From the NCBI RefSeq assembly GCF_000010625.1, contig NC_010296.1, forward strand, positions 4,530,001 to 4,562,000: DNA of 32,000 nt. Reading direction: 5' to 3'. This stretch comes from Microcystis aeruginosa NIES-843. GTDB taxonomy: Bacteria; Cyanobacteriota; Cyanobacteriia; Cyanobacteriales; Microcystaceae. Below, one piece after another: positions 1 to 10,703 of the stretch. The notes under the pieces are model-generated. The model ran no database searches, was not told where the DNA came from, and worked only from the letters and a program-made list of their open reading frames with translations. A program made the translations under genes and the position numbers. How positions within the stretch are numbered: the first letter of the stretch is position 1; every line of letters begins with the position of its first letter.

Positions 1-2
1 CT

Positions 3-536
3 TTATGCCGTCAAGCGATCGCTCTGAGCCATTTTAACTACGGGGAAAACACCTATGAACAGGCCATACTCTCTCACTTAATTTATCCTCTCTGGCGTTC
101 TTTTTTGCCTCTTTCCCGCTCCGATCTCACCGATACTAATCCCTTAAAAAAATCTTTACTGGCAGCCGCTAGATTAACCAAATTAATCCTCCAAGAAGAA
201 AGCGAATTTACCTCCTCTCTAGCCGGTCATACTTGGACGGTCAGTCGCACCGATTTAAATAAGAAGGTGATTATACCATATATAGATAATTTAAGACAAA
301 AAGTTAATGATTTGTTAGAAAAACAGCAAAAAAGTCTTGAAGATATCGATCGAATAATTTTTAGCGGTAATTTTTTCTTAACCATTTGGCCTTATTTTCT
401 AACAGAAATACAGCAAGAATTTGCCGGTTGCAATCTAGAGGCCCCCAGTCAGGAAACCTTCTCACCAGCAATCTTGGGTTTGGGTCGTCTCTGTTTATTT
501 TCGGCTCTTAGAGGTGAGAAGGTCAATAATGCTTAA
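3..536 (+). CDS. Hsp70/actin-fold ATPase family protein, C-terminal part (5' end lies outside the window)
   Basis: Frame 3 has no stop from nt 3 to the TAA at 534-536. The track start at 105 is a TTG inside this open frame. The tail (...DRIIFSGNFF...PAILGLGRL) resembles the last nucleotide-binding-domain segments of Hsp70-like proteins. This is motif-level recognition only. Confidence 0.45.
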   Translation, partial: LCRQAIALSHFNYGENTYEQAILSHLIYPLWRSFLPLSRSDLTDTNPLKKSLLAAARLTKLILQEESEFTSSLAGHTWTVSRTDLNKKVIIPYIDNLRQKVNDLLEKQQKSLEDIDRIIFSGNFFLTIWPYFLTEIQQEFAGCNLEAPSQETFSPAILGLGRLCLFSALRGEKVNNA

Positions 537-560
537 AAACATCAACCTCAGTAGTAAAAC

Positions 561-630
561 GTAGGGTGCGTTAGACGGCCAAAATTGCTGCTTTGACTTG
601 AAGGTAACAATCCGTCGTAACGCACCACCT
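561..630. repeat. Small palindromic (hairpin) dispersed-repeat-like element
   Basis: Imperfect inverted repeat GTAGGGTGCGTTAGACGG (561-578) / CCGTCGTAACGCACCACCT (612-630) around a loop of about 33 nt. It lies between two gene fragments. Confidence 0.5.
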
Positions 631-839
631 ATCATCAACTAAGTAGCCGGTTACAATTAAAGATAAAATACAAAGAACCAGAACCCTGTCCCACTATCTC
701 ACAATTAATTGAGATTACTTACTTAACTGGTGCGTGGGGCGCGGATTGCTAATTTTTTTTTTTTATTCAAGGTTATTGCCGCAAACACGCCCCCGACATT
801 ATTGCTAAATGTTAATTTTTATTAGAGGATGCAACATTT

Positions 840-1655
840 GTGAGTTTAGAGAGAGTTAAAAATAACTTTTGTCGGGATGCTTTTGTTAATGATGGTAATA
901 TTCAGGTAGCAACTTTTAGTAACTTAAATCGCGCTCAAGAGTGACAAAAGCACCTAATTAAATACTTTAATCAAGTTAAAATTACCCAAGGTGTCATCGA
1001 TGCCTTACCCAGTCCTGAACCTGTCTATTCACCTGTTCCTCAACAGATAGTTAACTCGGTGGATTTAATCGAGCGCTGGTTAAAGGCAAAAAGAGATATT
1101 TGGCTCTTCGGGACTTGGTATGGTTCGATAGGGGGGCATAAATCGACTCAATCCTTATCTGGCAAGAGATTTAATTGATTAGTTCGCTCCAGATCGCCAA
1201 CAATTGACAAAAATTGCGGCAATGTCTGTCTCTATAAAGGTTTCATTCCTTATAACCCCGTCCATTGCATAAGACAAACCGAAGAACCAGATATTTATGG
1301 TTCCTCCTATCAAACCTATTTAGGAGAAGAATTACTTACAGGTAAAGCTTATAATGACAAAATAAAGCGCTCTGATGGTCAAGAAAGTTCTTCCGAATGG
1401 TTAGCTAATAATGGTGCTTATTATATCTATGGAGTTCAGAGAATAGATTCAGTTAATAATTTTACAGCCTCTGGCGATCAAGCTACAGTGGATGTGGTGG
1501 TTACTGAAGAAAGAACCCTCTATAACAGTCAGGGTAAAATTGATCAAAAGAATAGTGGTTTAAGTACCTTATTGGTTCGCTATAATCTTGAAAATGACGA
1601 GGGAACATGGAAAATAGCCAACTCTAGAACTCTTAAAAATTTAGTTCGTAGATAA
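840..1655 (+). pseudogene. Disrupted gene for an ARC6/Ftn2-type IMS (DUF4101-like) domain protein
   Basis: Frame 3 reads ...VDLIERWLKAKRDI | MITE | (DI)YGSSYQTYLGEELLTGKAYNDKIKRSDGQESSSEWLANNGAYYIYGVQRIDSV...GTWKIANSRTLKNLVRR*. There is an in-frame TGA at 942-944 and no usable start codon. The frame is split by a 189-bp MITE plus a 6-bp duplication. The domain name comes from sequence resemblance recalled from memory. Confidence 0.6.
1101..1289 (+). mobile_element. MITE family A, copy 1 (189 bp)
   Basis: Terminal inverted repeats TGGCTCTTCGG...CCGAAGAACCA. Flanked by a perfect 6-bp direct duplication GATATT (1095-1100 and 1290-1295). About 98% identical to the copy at 10704-10892. No coding capacity. 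Confidence 0.9.
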
Positions 1656-1797
1656 GTTTAATTAATTCCAAAAGGGCGAGAATAAAAATCAAAAATAGTT
1701 CAGATAAAAACCCATAGATACAATCATTGCTGTTAAATTTTCATCTTTAGACAGTATTTATAAAGCAACCCTGAAGATAAAGACAACCGAATCGATT

Positions 1798-2874
1798 CTA
1801 TTCAGAATCATCATTATAAATATCTTGGAGAGTTTTATTTTCGTAGCGTTCCTGATCTTGATTTTTGCCGCGACGGGAAGGACGACGATATTTTTTATTG
1901 GCTAATTTGGGTTCGTAGGTTTCTTGACCTGCTTCTTTAATTTTTAACTTTAAACTTGACTCTTTTGTGCTAGTTTTCTGTAATGACTGTTCTCGTGCGA
2001 TCGCTTCTTCTAAAAACTCTAAATAATGTTGGTAACGTTCCCAATCTCCCCTCACCACACAGTTAGGTTCCCGACGGTGAGTACAATCATTAAATTGACA
2101 ATTTCCCAAAGCTAAACGCGCTCTCACTTCCGGAAAATAAAAAGTTAATTCTTCCGGTAAACAATTAATATCCGGTTGGTTAAAACCCGGACTATCGGCC
2201 AATAAACCCCGATTTGGTAAAGCAAATAACTGCACATGACGGGTAGTGTGACGACCTTTTTGCAGTTTTCCCGACACATCCCCCACCCGTTGATTAATCT
2301 CAGGAATTAGACAATTAATTAAACTCGATTTTCCCACCCCCGATGGACCGGCCAAGAGAGTGATTTTATGGTTTAATTGTGCCAATAAAGCCTCAAATCC
2401 CCGATTTTTCTCCACACTGACAAAAAAGGGCCGGTATCCCCAACCAGCTAGGCGATCGCCCCAGACCTCTATTTGTTCCGGTTCCCCCAGATCGATTTTA
2501 TTGACACAGACGGCAATTTCTAAACCTGTGGACTCGGCTTTCACCAAAAAACGACTGATCAGCCAAGGATCGAGGACGGGTTCAGCAAGGGCAAAAACTA
2601 GCAAAATCTGCTCGATATTGGCAACGGCCGGCCGATCGATCTCGGTACTGCGGGGGAGGACTTCTGCGATCGCACCCTGCTGATCGCCAAAATTGGCTTC
2701 CTCCACGCGCACCCGATCACCAACCATCACCGACTGACCGATTTTTTGCAAGCGAGCGCGACGGGTACAGAGAAGATTCTCGCCCATAACGGCAGAATCC
2801 AAGCGTACCTGATAGAAATTCGCCTGTACAGCCACCACTGTGCCGTATAAATCGGTTAATTGTGCATCTACCAT
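1798..2874 (-). CDS. rsgA: Ribosome small-subunit-dependent GTPase A
   Basis: 358 aa. Contains the GPSGVGKSSLIN P-loop, the circularly permuted GTPase order (NKIDL before the P-loop), DSPGF, and a C-terminal C-x2-C-x-H-x5-C zinc knuckle (CQFNDCTHRREPNC). Confidence 0.93.
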   Translation of the reverse strand: MVDAQLTDLYGTVVAVQANFYQVRLDSAVMGENLLCTRRARLQKIGQSVMVGDRVRVEEANFGDQQGAIAEVLPRSTEIDRPAVANIEQILLVFALAEPVLDPWLISRFLVKAESTGLEIAVCVNKIDLGEPEQIEVWGDRLAGWGYRPFFVSVEKNRGFEALLAQLNHKITLLAGPSGVGKSSLINCLIPEINQRVGDVSGKLQKGRHTTRHVQLFALPNRGLLADSPGFNQPDINCLPEELTFYFPEVRARLALGNCQFNDCTHRREPNCVVRGDWERYQHYLEFLEEAIAREQSLQKTSTKESSLKLKIKEAGQETYEPKLANKKYRRPSRRGKNQDQERYENKTLQDIYNDDSE

Positions 2875-3096
2875 TTAGGAATCGGGGCGATAGACTTTGA
2901 GAACAAAAAAGCTATCTCGGTCCTCGATCGATTCTATCTGATAACCCTCCACTGTCAGGCTAGTGGGAACCTGTTCGATCGGTTCCCCGGCATCTAACCA
3001 GACTTCCAACCGTTCCCCGGCGGTCATTTTCTCTAATTGCAATTTTGTTCGGACAAAATTAATTGGGCAGGGAGTGCCGCGCAGGTCTAAAGTCAT
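2875..3096 (-). CDS. TusA/SirA-like sulfurtransferase-fold protein
   Basis: 73 aa with the DLRGTPCPINFVRTK motif (the CPxP-type active-site region of the TusA family). Its stop codon directly abuts the rsgA start codon. Confidence 0.8.
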   Translation of the reverse strand: MTLDLRGTPCPINFVRTKLQLEKMTAGERLEVWLDAGEPIEQVPTSLTVEGYQIESIEDRDSFFVLKVYRPDS

Positions 3097-3102
3097 AGTT
3101 AT

Positions 3103-3288
3103 TTAGGGTTTGCTGAAAAAGTTTCTCCTGGGGGCAGGGTGTGGGGTGTGGGGTGTGGGGTGTGGGGTGTGGGGAGAATAAATAAAATAATCTCCTATCT
3201 CCTGACTCCTGACTCCTGAATACTGCCGACCGCCGACCGCCCCCTGCCTCCGTTATCCGACAAGATTTTTAGATTTATTCAGCCTGCC

Positions 3289-3291
<3 letters not shown>
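3103..3291 (-). mobile_element. MITE-like element family B with internal heptamer (STRR) tracts, reverse orientation
   Basis: Both ends match the element at 10355-10565 in inverted orientation. The pairs are TTAGGGTTTGCTGAAAAAGTTTCTCCTGGGGG versus the reverse complement of GGCCCCCACGAAAAACTTTTTGCCGCAAACCCTAA, and GGCTGAATAAATCTAAAAATCTTGTCGGATAA versus GGCTGAATAAATCTAAAAACCTTGTTGGATAA. The interior holds (GGGGTGT)n at 3137-3175, (CTCCTGA)n at 3192-3219 and (CCGACCG)n at 3225-3242. The right end overlaps the dnaJ stop codon. Confidence 0.65.
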
Positions 3292-4419
<1,128 letters not shown>

Positions 4420-4524
4420 CTATGGTTCTGCTGGCAATTTATAAATAAAGTTTAAGTCTAGTTGTTACTTTAACAAACTATACATAATAGTTTAGTTGGG
4501 TTATCCCTACTATTTTTTTGGTAA

Positions 4525-4670
4525 GGAAGTGGGGTGATAGGGAAGTGGGGTGATAGGGAAGTGGGGGAGTGGGAAGTGGGGAAGTGGGGTGTGGGGTGTG
4601 GGGTGTGGGGTGTGGGGAGAAGGGGAGAAAAAAGCTGATAACTGATAACTGATTACTGATTACTGATCAC
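4525..4670. repeat. STRR-type short tandem repeat block in the dnaK-dnaJ spacer
   Basis: GGAAGTGGGGTGATA x2, GGGAAGT/GGGGTGT heptamers (to about 4617), then CTGATAA/CTGATTA heptamers (4635-4670). The block ends 3 nt before the dnaK stop codon. Confidence 0.9.
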
Positions 4671-4673
4671 TTT

Positions 4674-6722
4674 TTAATCTACGGCCTCGTAGTCACTGGC
4701 ACTCATTTCTTCGCCATCGTAGGGGTGATCGTCACTGCCCGATTCGCCGGATTTAGTTTCCAGATTACTATAGGTTCTGGTTCTAGTGTGGGAGAGGGTT
4801 GGCCTCTTGGCGAAGGTATTGGAGGAAGTGGCTTGGGTGCGGGTGGGTCGGGTCAGTTTTTCGGTGACATCGATCGGTTCAAAACCAGTACCGTTAAGGG
4901 GTTGGTTTTGCTCTTGTCTACCCGTGTAGATGCGGGTACCGATTTCGAGGACAATCTGACGAAATTCTGCCAAGGTGGTTTTTAGCTTTTCTGGGGATAG
5001 GGAGGGGTCGCGCAGAGCGATTTCCAACTGTTGCCGCTTCTGGTCGGCCAGTTGCCGGATATCGGGGGCGACTAACTGACTGTTTTCCCTGAGGGTGACT
5101 TCGTAGCTATAGAAAAGACTATCGGATTGGTGGCGAATATCGATCATTTGCAGACGAAGGCGATCGGATTCGGCGTATTTTTCGGCTTCTAGGCGCATTT
5201 TTTCAATTTCGTTCGGTTTCAGCCCTCCAGTATGGCTAATTAAAATGCTTTGTTCTTTGCCGGTGCCTTGGTCGCTGGCGGCCACTTTCAAGATGCCGTT
5301 GACATCGATCTCAAAGGCCACTTCAATTTGTGGCACCCCCCTAGGAGCGGGAGGAATTCCTGTCAGGAGAAATTTACCCAGGGTTTTATTATCCTGGGCC
5401 ATGGCCCTTTCTCCTTGGAGAACATGAATTTCCACCGAAGTTTGACCATCGGCAGCGGTGGAGAAAACCTGAGATTTACTGGTAGGGATAGTGGTATTGC
5501 GATCGATAATTTTGGTAAAGACTTCGCCGAGGGTTTCAATGCCGAGGGAAAGGGGGGTGACATCGAGTAGGAGGATATCTTCTACTTCTCCACCTAAAAC
5601 TCCGGCTTGAATCGCTGCCCCCAAAGCAACGGCCTCATCGGGGTTAACAGAGCGATCAATCTGGCCGGTAGAAAAGAAACGGGAGATTAATTCTTGTACG
5701 GCGGGGATTCTGGTGGAACCACCAACGAGAATAACACGATTGATATCGCTAGGCTGCAGTCCGCTATCTTTGAGGGACTGTTGTACGGGTCCGAGGGTTT
5801 TTTCCACTAATTCTCTGGTTAATTCCTCGAATTTAGCGCGAGTTAGTTCCAATTCTAGGTGTTTAGGGCCAGTTTCGTCGGCGGCGATGAAGGGGAGATT
5901 GATCGAGGTGGTAATCATGCTAGAAAGCTCGATTTTGGCTTTTTCGGCGGCTTCTCGCAGTCTTTGGACCGCCATGCGATCGCTAGACAGATCGATGTTT
6001 TCTTGACTTTGAAAGTTCTCCACCAGCCACCGCACTAAGAGGTTATCAAAATCGTCCCCCCCAAGATGGTTATTGCCAGCCGTGGCTTTCACTTCAAAGA
6101 CCCCCTTCCCCAGTCGCAGGATGGAAACGTCGAAGGTTCCTCCCCCTAGGTCAAAAACGAGGATATGTTGATCTTCGTTTTGTTTATCTAAACCGTAGGC
6201 CAGGGCGGCGGCGGTGGGTTCGTTAATAATTCTTAATACTTCTAGTCCTGCGATCATCCCCGCGTCTTTAGTGGCTTGACGTTGGGCATCGGTAAAATAG
6301 GCGGGAACTGTAATCACGGCCTCGTTAATTTGTTCTCCCAGATAGGCCTCGGCATCGGCCTTTAATTTTTGTAGGATCATGGCCGAGATTTCTTGGGGGG
6401 TAAATTCCCGACCACGAATTTTGATATTGACGGTATCATCGCGACCGCGTTGGCAATGATAGGCAACTCGTCCCCTTTCTGCCTCCGTGTCTTGCCAACG
6501 CCTACCGATAAAGCGTTTGATGCTATAGACGGTATTTTCGGCATTAGTTACCGCCTGACGTTTGGCCAGTTGTCCCACTAGGCGCTGGGCCTTGCCGAAT
6601 CCCACGATACTAGGAGTTGTTCTTCCCCCTTCCGAGTTGGGAACTATAATCGGCTGACCTCCCTCGAGTACGGCAATGCAACTGTTGGTTGTCCCTAAGT
6701 CGATGCCGATGACTTTTCCCAT
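4674..6722 (-). CDS. dnaK: Hsp70 chaperone DnaK paralog with a long non-canonical C-terminal tail
   Basis: 682 aa. Contains [28 protein letters not shown] and a full substrate-binding domain. The last 90 aa or so are low-complexity, T/S/R-rich and then acidic (…[11 protein letters not shown]…[22 protein letters not shown]). Confidence 0.95.
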   Translation of the reverse strand: MGKVIGIDLGTTNSCIAVLEGGQPIIVPNSEGGRTTPSIVGFGKAQRLVGQLAKRQAVTNAENTVYSIKRFIGRRWQDTEAERGRVAYHCQRGRDDTVNIKIRGREFTPQEISAMILQKLKADAEAYLGEQINEAVITVPAYFTDAQRQATKDAGMIAGLEVLRIINEPTAAALAYGLDKQNEDQHILVFDLGGGTFDVSILRLGKGVFEVKATAGNNHLGGDDFDNLLVRWLVENFQSQENIDLSSDRMAVQRLREAAEKAKIELSSMITTSINLPFIAADETGPKHLELELTRAKFEELTRELVEKTLGPVQQSLKDSGLQPSDINRVILVGGSTRIPAVQELISRFFSTGQIDRSVNPDEAVALGAAIQAGVLGGEVEDILLLDVTPLSLGIETLGEVFTKIIDRNTTIPTSKSQVFSTAADGQTSVEIHVLQGERAMAQDNKTLGKFLLTGIPPAPRGVPQIEVAFEIDVNGILKVAASDQGTGKEQSILISHTGGLKPNEIEKMRLEAEKYAESDRLRLQMIDIRHQSDSLFYSYEVTLRENSQLVAPDIRQLADQKRQQLEIALRDPSLSPEKLKTTLAEFRQIVLEIGTRIYTGRQEQNQPLNGTGFEPIDVTEKLTRPTRTQATSSNTFAKRPTLSHTRTRTYSNLETKSGESGSDDHPYDGEEMSASDYEAVD

Positions 6723-7079
6723 GACGCTCTAATAATAACGATAGTTAATAGGATACAATCGCTGACAAAAATTATCCCCAAATTAGAAAAGGGCTTTTTA
6801 CCTCGCCTAATCTTGCCTCGGATGAAAGCTGGTAGTTTCCCTCCGAGGCTAACAAAACTTGTCGGTAAAGTCCGCAAGCCCGCCCGGATCGGTGTAGTGG
6901 ACCATATATCAAGAGTAACCCAAAACCAGTAATTTTGCTCATGCTTCTAGCCCCTATTCCGCACTTTGCTTTGTAGTATAAAAAAATTACCCTTTTGGGA
7001 ATTTGGCGATCGCTGGTAAGATCAAATCCGTTTTTAATACTATGATTAATACTAAATCTGGTTATTAAAAACTGATTAT

Positions 7080-7119
7080 CTATTGCTCCTTTTGCCTATT
7101 GCCTATTGCCTTTTGCCTG
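7080..7119. repeat. Heptamer tandem tract (TTGCCTA-like)
   Basis: CTATTGCTCCTTTTGCCTATTGCCTATTGCCTTTTGCCTG. A related tract (CTATTGCCTCTTGCCTCTTGCC) lies at 10637-10658. Confidence 0.8.
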
Positions 7120-7294
7120 TCCTCATAAGTAGCTTATACTCAACGGATTTAGTATAACTCCCAAGTTATGGATTGTTTCCCCCCGCTCCGGTGTTTCCCA
7201 CTTTCCTATACCTTTTAAACAGGATTTAGTGCAAGCCATACTCAGATAAATTTAGGATAAGATAAGCAATAAACCGATCCCAGAGGACTTAATC

Positions 7295-8299
7295 ATGATT
7301 AGAGCCTATGCTGCCCGAGAAAAAGGGGGAAAACTAGAGCCTTTTGACTACGATCCGGGTATATTAGCGGATGAAGATGTAGAAATCGCGGTGGAATATT
7401 GCGGCATTTGCCACAGTGACCTAAGTATGCTCGATAACGATTGGGGACTGACCACCTATCCCTTTGTCCCCGGTCATGAGGTGGTCGGTACAATCGCCGC
7501 TCTTGGTGCTAAAGTCAAAGAATTAAAATTAGGGCAAAGAGTCGGTCTGGGTTGGTTTTCCCGTTCCTGTTCCACCTGTGAAACTTGTATGTCGGGGGAT
7601 CAAAACCTTTGTGCTACTGCCGAAGGAACTATCGTCGGTCGCCATGGCGGTTTTGCCGACAGAGTCCGCGCTCATCATAGTTGGTTAGTTCCCCTGGGGA
7701 ACCAGTTAGATGCTGCTAAAGCTGGCCCGCTTTTTTGTGGTGGTATTACCGTCTTTAATCCCATTGTCCAATTTAATATTAAACCCACGGCCCGAGTTGG
7801 TGTCATTGGTATTGGTGGATTGGGCCATATAGCCTTAAAATTCCTCAAAGCTTGGGGCTGCGAAGTAACCGCTTTTTCCAGTAGTCCCGACAAAGAAACA
7901 GAAGCAAAAGAACTAGGCGCGACTCATTTTATCAATTCCAGAGACCCCGAAGCTTTGCAATCGGTACAAAATTACTTTGATTTCATTATCTCTACCGTTA
8001 ACGTTAATCTCGATTGGGGTCTTTATATCGCCTGTTTACGTCCCAAGGGTCGTCTGCACATTGTTGGGGCTGTTCTTGAACCCATGGCTACCTATGCTTT
8101 TCCCTTGATTATGGGTCAAAAATCGATTTCTGGCAGTCCTTTGGGTAGTCCCAGTACCATCAATAAAATGATCGAATTTGCCTCCCGCCATGGCATTGAA
8201 CCGGTGACAGAAATCTATCCTATCTCCCAGGTGAATGAAGCTATGGAAAAATTGAGAACTGGACAACCTAAATATCGCCTCGTCTTACAAATAAAATAA
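7295..8299 (+). CDS. Zn-dependent NAD(P)-linked alcohol dehydrogenase (medium-chain, cinnamyl-ADH/YahK-like)
   Basis: 334 aa. Contains GICHSD, GHEVVG, the structural-zinc Cys cluster CSTCETCMSGDQNLC, and the GIGGLG dinucleotide-binding motif. Confidence 0.92.
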   Translation: MIRAYAAREKGGKLEPFDYDPGILADEDVEIAVEYCGICHSDLSMLDNDWGLTTYPFVPGHEVVGTIAALGAKVKELKLGQRVGLGWFSRSCSTCETCMSGDQNLCATAEGTIVGRHGGFADRVRAHHSWLVPLGNQLDAAKAGPLFCGGITVFNPIVQFNIKPTARVGVIGIGGLGHIALKFLKAWGCEVTAFSSSPDKETEAKELGATHFINSRDPEALQSVQNYFDFIISTVNVNLDWGLYIACLRPKGRLHIVGAVLEPMATYAFPLIMGQKSISGSPLGSPSTINKMIEFASRHGIEPVTEIYPISQVNEAMEKLRTGQPKYRLVLQIK

Positions 8300-8327
8300 A
8301 ACCATCTCTATCCTGGACGTAACCCCG

Positions 8328-9104
8328 ATGACTCAACCCCTCACTCCTCCAGTTATCGATTGGGAAGAACCACCCATTCCCCCTGAAGACTTGATTTTTG
8401 ATGATGGAGAACCTTTGGAAACGCACCGTCACCGCAAGGCCATGAATGTGTTAATCGATTCTATCGAACAAGCCTATCAGGATCGAGAGGACTTTTTTGT
8501 TGGCGGTAATATGTTTATTTACTTTAGCCGTGAGCGGGTTTTTAATAAAGATTTTCGTGGCCCGGATTTTTTCGTTGTCCTCGATATCGATGGTAGTTAT
8601 AAACGACAAGGATGGGTGGTTTGGAACGAAAACGGACGTTATCCCGATGTGATCGTAGAATTAATGTCAGAAAGCACCGCAAAAATCGATTTAATTACCA
8701 AAAAAAAACTCTATGAGCGGACTTTTCGCTGTTCCCAATACTTCGTTTATAATCCCTTTGATGCCACTTCCCTGCAAGGTTGGGCTTTAGACCAAAATCA
8801 ATGCTATCAAGAAATTATTCCCGATCACCGCGGTTGGTTATGGTGTCAACGTTTGGGATTATGGTTAGGAGTCTGGATGGGCAGCATCCAACGAGAAGAA
8901 GCCCCTTGGCTGCGTTTTTATGACCTAGACGGCAATTTAATCCTCCTACCTGCGGAATTAGCCGAAATAGAACGTCAGAACGCTGAAATTGAACGTCAAC
9001 GCGCCCAGGCAGCCTCTCAACAGGCCGAAAGCGAACGTCAACGGGCGGAACGTTTAGCGGCGCAATTACGGCAATTAGGCATAAATCCCGATGAAACCCC
9101 GTAA
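8328..9104 (+). CDS. Uma2 (DUF820) family putative endonuclease with a C-terminal ERQ-rich coiled coil
   Basis: 258 aa. The core (…PDFFVVLDIDG…PDVIVELMSEST…KKLYERTF…) is typical of the PD-(D/E)xK-like Uma2 family. The tail is AEIERQNAEIERQRAQAASQQAESERQRAERLAAQLRQLGINPD. Confidence 0.8.
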   Translation: MTQPLTPPVIDWEEPPIPPEDLIFDDGEPLETHRHRKAMNVLIDSIEQAYQDREDFFVGGNMFIYFSRERVFNKDFRGPDFFVVLDIDGSYKRQGWVVWNENGRYPDVIVELMSESTAKIDLITKKKLYERTFRCSQYFVYNPFDATSLQGWALDQNQCYQEIIPDHRGWLWCQRLGLWLGVWMGSIQREEAPWLRFYDLDGNLILLPAELAEIERQNAEIERQRAQAASQQAESERQRAERLAAQLRQLGINPDETP

Positions 9105-9229
9105 TCGGCCCAAGACTGACCCCTATCTCTAAAAACCGAAAACCCACACCTCCCGATCTCGGTTTGTGTGGGCTGATTGTTCACTTAATTCTAAGATTGA
9201 AAGCTGATACTTTAGCGAAATCTAAGAGC

Positions 9230-9430
9230 CTAACTCAGAGTAGCACCAGAGCGATCATAGGTTTGTGAAGAAAAGTCGGACGAGAAGCGACGTTGAACGG
9301 TTTCCCCGTAGCCATTGTCATTGTCAATACCGATTTCAGAAGCACTTCTCCCTAACATCGATTGTTGACGATTTTTAACGGCGTGGTGGTGACGCATCAT
9401 TAAGGCACGAGCTTGTTGTTCTGTGGACAT
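9230..9430 (-). CDS. Small hypothetical protein (66 aa)
   Basis: The ATG at 9430 has a GGAGG 8 nt upstream, so MSTEQQARALMMRHHHAVKNRQQ... is the likely N-terminus. The track start at 9478 has no RBS. No family recognised. Confidence 0.45.
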   Translation of the reverse strand: MSTEQQARALMMRHHHAVKNRQQSMLGRSASEIGIDNDNGYGETVQRRFSSDFSSQTYDRSGATLS

Positions 9431-9567
9431 AATCATTTCCTCCGATCTGCAAATAGTGTTTCGAACTTTTTTAATCACCTACTAAATATATATAACATAC
9501 AATTCTGTATCTATTTTTACAAAATGCCCTAATCCCAGAAAAATTAACAAAACTTTACAATAGGAGA

Positions 9568-9696
9568 CAGAAGGCAGAAGGCAGAAGGCAGAAGGCAGAA
9601 GGCAGAAGGCAGAAGGCAGCTTTATTCTCCCCACACCCCACACCCCACACCCCACACCCCACACCCCACACCCCACACCCCACACCCCCACACCCC
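9568..9696. repeat. STRR heptamer tracts: (CAGAAGG)x7 then (CCCCACA)x~9
   Basis: CAGAAGG repeats run 9568-9619 and CCCCACA repeats run 9629-9696. This is the reverse complement of the GGGGTGT tracts at 3137-3175 and 4585-4617. Confidence 0.92.
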
Positions 9697-9712
9697 AAGA
9701 CATCAATCGCCC

Positions 9713-10300
9713 TCAGACCTTAATCGAACTAGGTTCATCGACGGCGGCGATAATGCGATGACAACCGGAAAAGGGTTGCGCCCATTGATACTGGTGTTCT
9801 AAAGGATTACCCCAACAGAGGCCGAGATATAATTCCGTGCGCGCCACATCTAATTCCGCCCATTCGGACTGGGCGACTAATTCGGCTAGATAATCGGCAG
9901 AAATGGGACGACGGGAGTTAAGCGCCCACCAAAAATTCATATTAGGGGTGATGCTGTTCCAAAACTCTAAAACCGAGGCTTTGGCAGCCATGAGAATTTC
10001 CTTGTCACCCGCCACGGCAACTAATTGATTATGAATTTCGGGATAACGGAGAGTGCGATCGCCCCATTGACAAACACGCCAGATAATGCCCGAAACCTGA
10101 TATTGTTGTTGATAATCGTGAACTTGACGGCGAAAATCCTGATAGGCGAAGACTTTGCCCGCCTTTTCTAGATTGATCGCCTTGGCAATCACCGGATTAT
10201 CAATGCGCTCCGCCGGGGAGAGTAACAGACGTTCCCCTTTGCAAGTGGCGTGCATTTCTCGCTCGAGGATTTCAATTAACTGCTGTGTCGAGTAAGCCAT
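9713..10300 (-). CDS. Conserved hypothetical protein (195 aa)
   Basis: Long ORF with an ATG start and a non-repetitive, globular-looking sequence (…GIIWRVCQWGDRTLRYPEIHNQLVAVAGDKEIL…). No family recognised from the sequence alone. Confidence 0.6.
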   Translation of the reverse strand: MAYSTQQLIEILEREMHATCKGERLLLSPAERIDNPVIAKAINLEKAGKVFAYQDFRRQVHDYQQQYQVSGIIWRVCQWGDRTLRYPEIHNQLVAVAGDKEILMAAKASVLEFWNSITPNMNFWWALNSRRPISADYLAELVAQSEWAELDVARTELYLGLCWGNPLEHQYQWAQPFSGCHRIIAAVDEPSSIKV

Positions 10301-10354
10301 ACTACCGCTCTTACCTGAGAGAGGATTTCTTTTTATGATAAAATAATTTAGTAA

Positions 10355-10565
10355 TTAGGGTTGGCTGAATAAATCTAAAAACCTTGTTGGATAAGACTTT
10401 TAGACTTTTTTGTCCTCAAAAAGTGCCAGCTGAGAGTGATCGGGGCGAAAATTCTGGGACTTTTTCCCTGAAAATTAGGTAATTGACCGTCTGAAAATGG
10501 GTAAAACCCTACACCCCACACCCCACACCCGGCCCCCACGAAAAACTTTTTGCCGCAAACCCTAA
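10355..10565 (+). mobile_element. MITE-like element family B, forward orientation
   Basis: Ends are TTAGGGTTGGCTGAATAAATC... and ...TTTTTGCCGCAAACCCTAA (imperfect terminal inverted repeat TTAGGGTTKGC). There is an internal CCCCACA tract at 10510-10530. It is homologous at both ends to 3103-3291. Confidence 0.6.
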
Positions 10566-10703
10566 TTAAGCGACTAAGCTAAGACGCATCTTAACCGCCT
10601 ATCCTTAGATTAGCTGAATTTCCCCCAATCCCTTTACTATTGCCTCTTGCCTCTTGCCCCGTCTCAACAAGCAATTTAAATGCTTGACAGCTTACTAACT
10701 GTT

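Noticed and set aside
6723-6900. Heat-shock operator (CIRCE TTAGCACTC-N9-GAGTGCTAA) or a clear promoter upstream of dnaK. Also an 8-bp hairpin GCCTCGGA…TCCGAGGC near 6815-6852 and a 38-aa basic ORF starting at 6822.
   Set aside because: No CIRCE-like sequence is present. The hairpin is short and unsupported by other evidence. The small ORF has no RBS and no recognisable family.
7299-9147. Antisense ORFs within the alcohol dehydrogenase and Uma2 genes (7299-7493, 7675-7893, 8036-8266, 8815-9147).
   Set aside because: They are embedded opposite well-supported CDSs, with no independent signals.
9133-9172. Possible bidirectional terminator between the Uma2 gene and the 66-aa ORF (AAACCG/CGGTTT and CCCACAC/GTGTGGG pairings).
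   Set aside because: The two short helices cross each other and cannot form one clean hairpin. No adjacent T-run is present on either strand.
9482-9706. 74-aa minus-strand ORF (…WGVGVWGVGCGVWGVG…LPSAFCLLPSAFCLLPS…).
   Set aside because: It is simply the translation of the CCCCACA and CAGAAGG heptamer tracts. The periodic peptide, the lack of an RBS and the repeat origin make it a spurious ORF.
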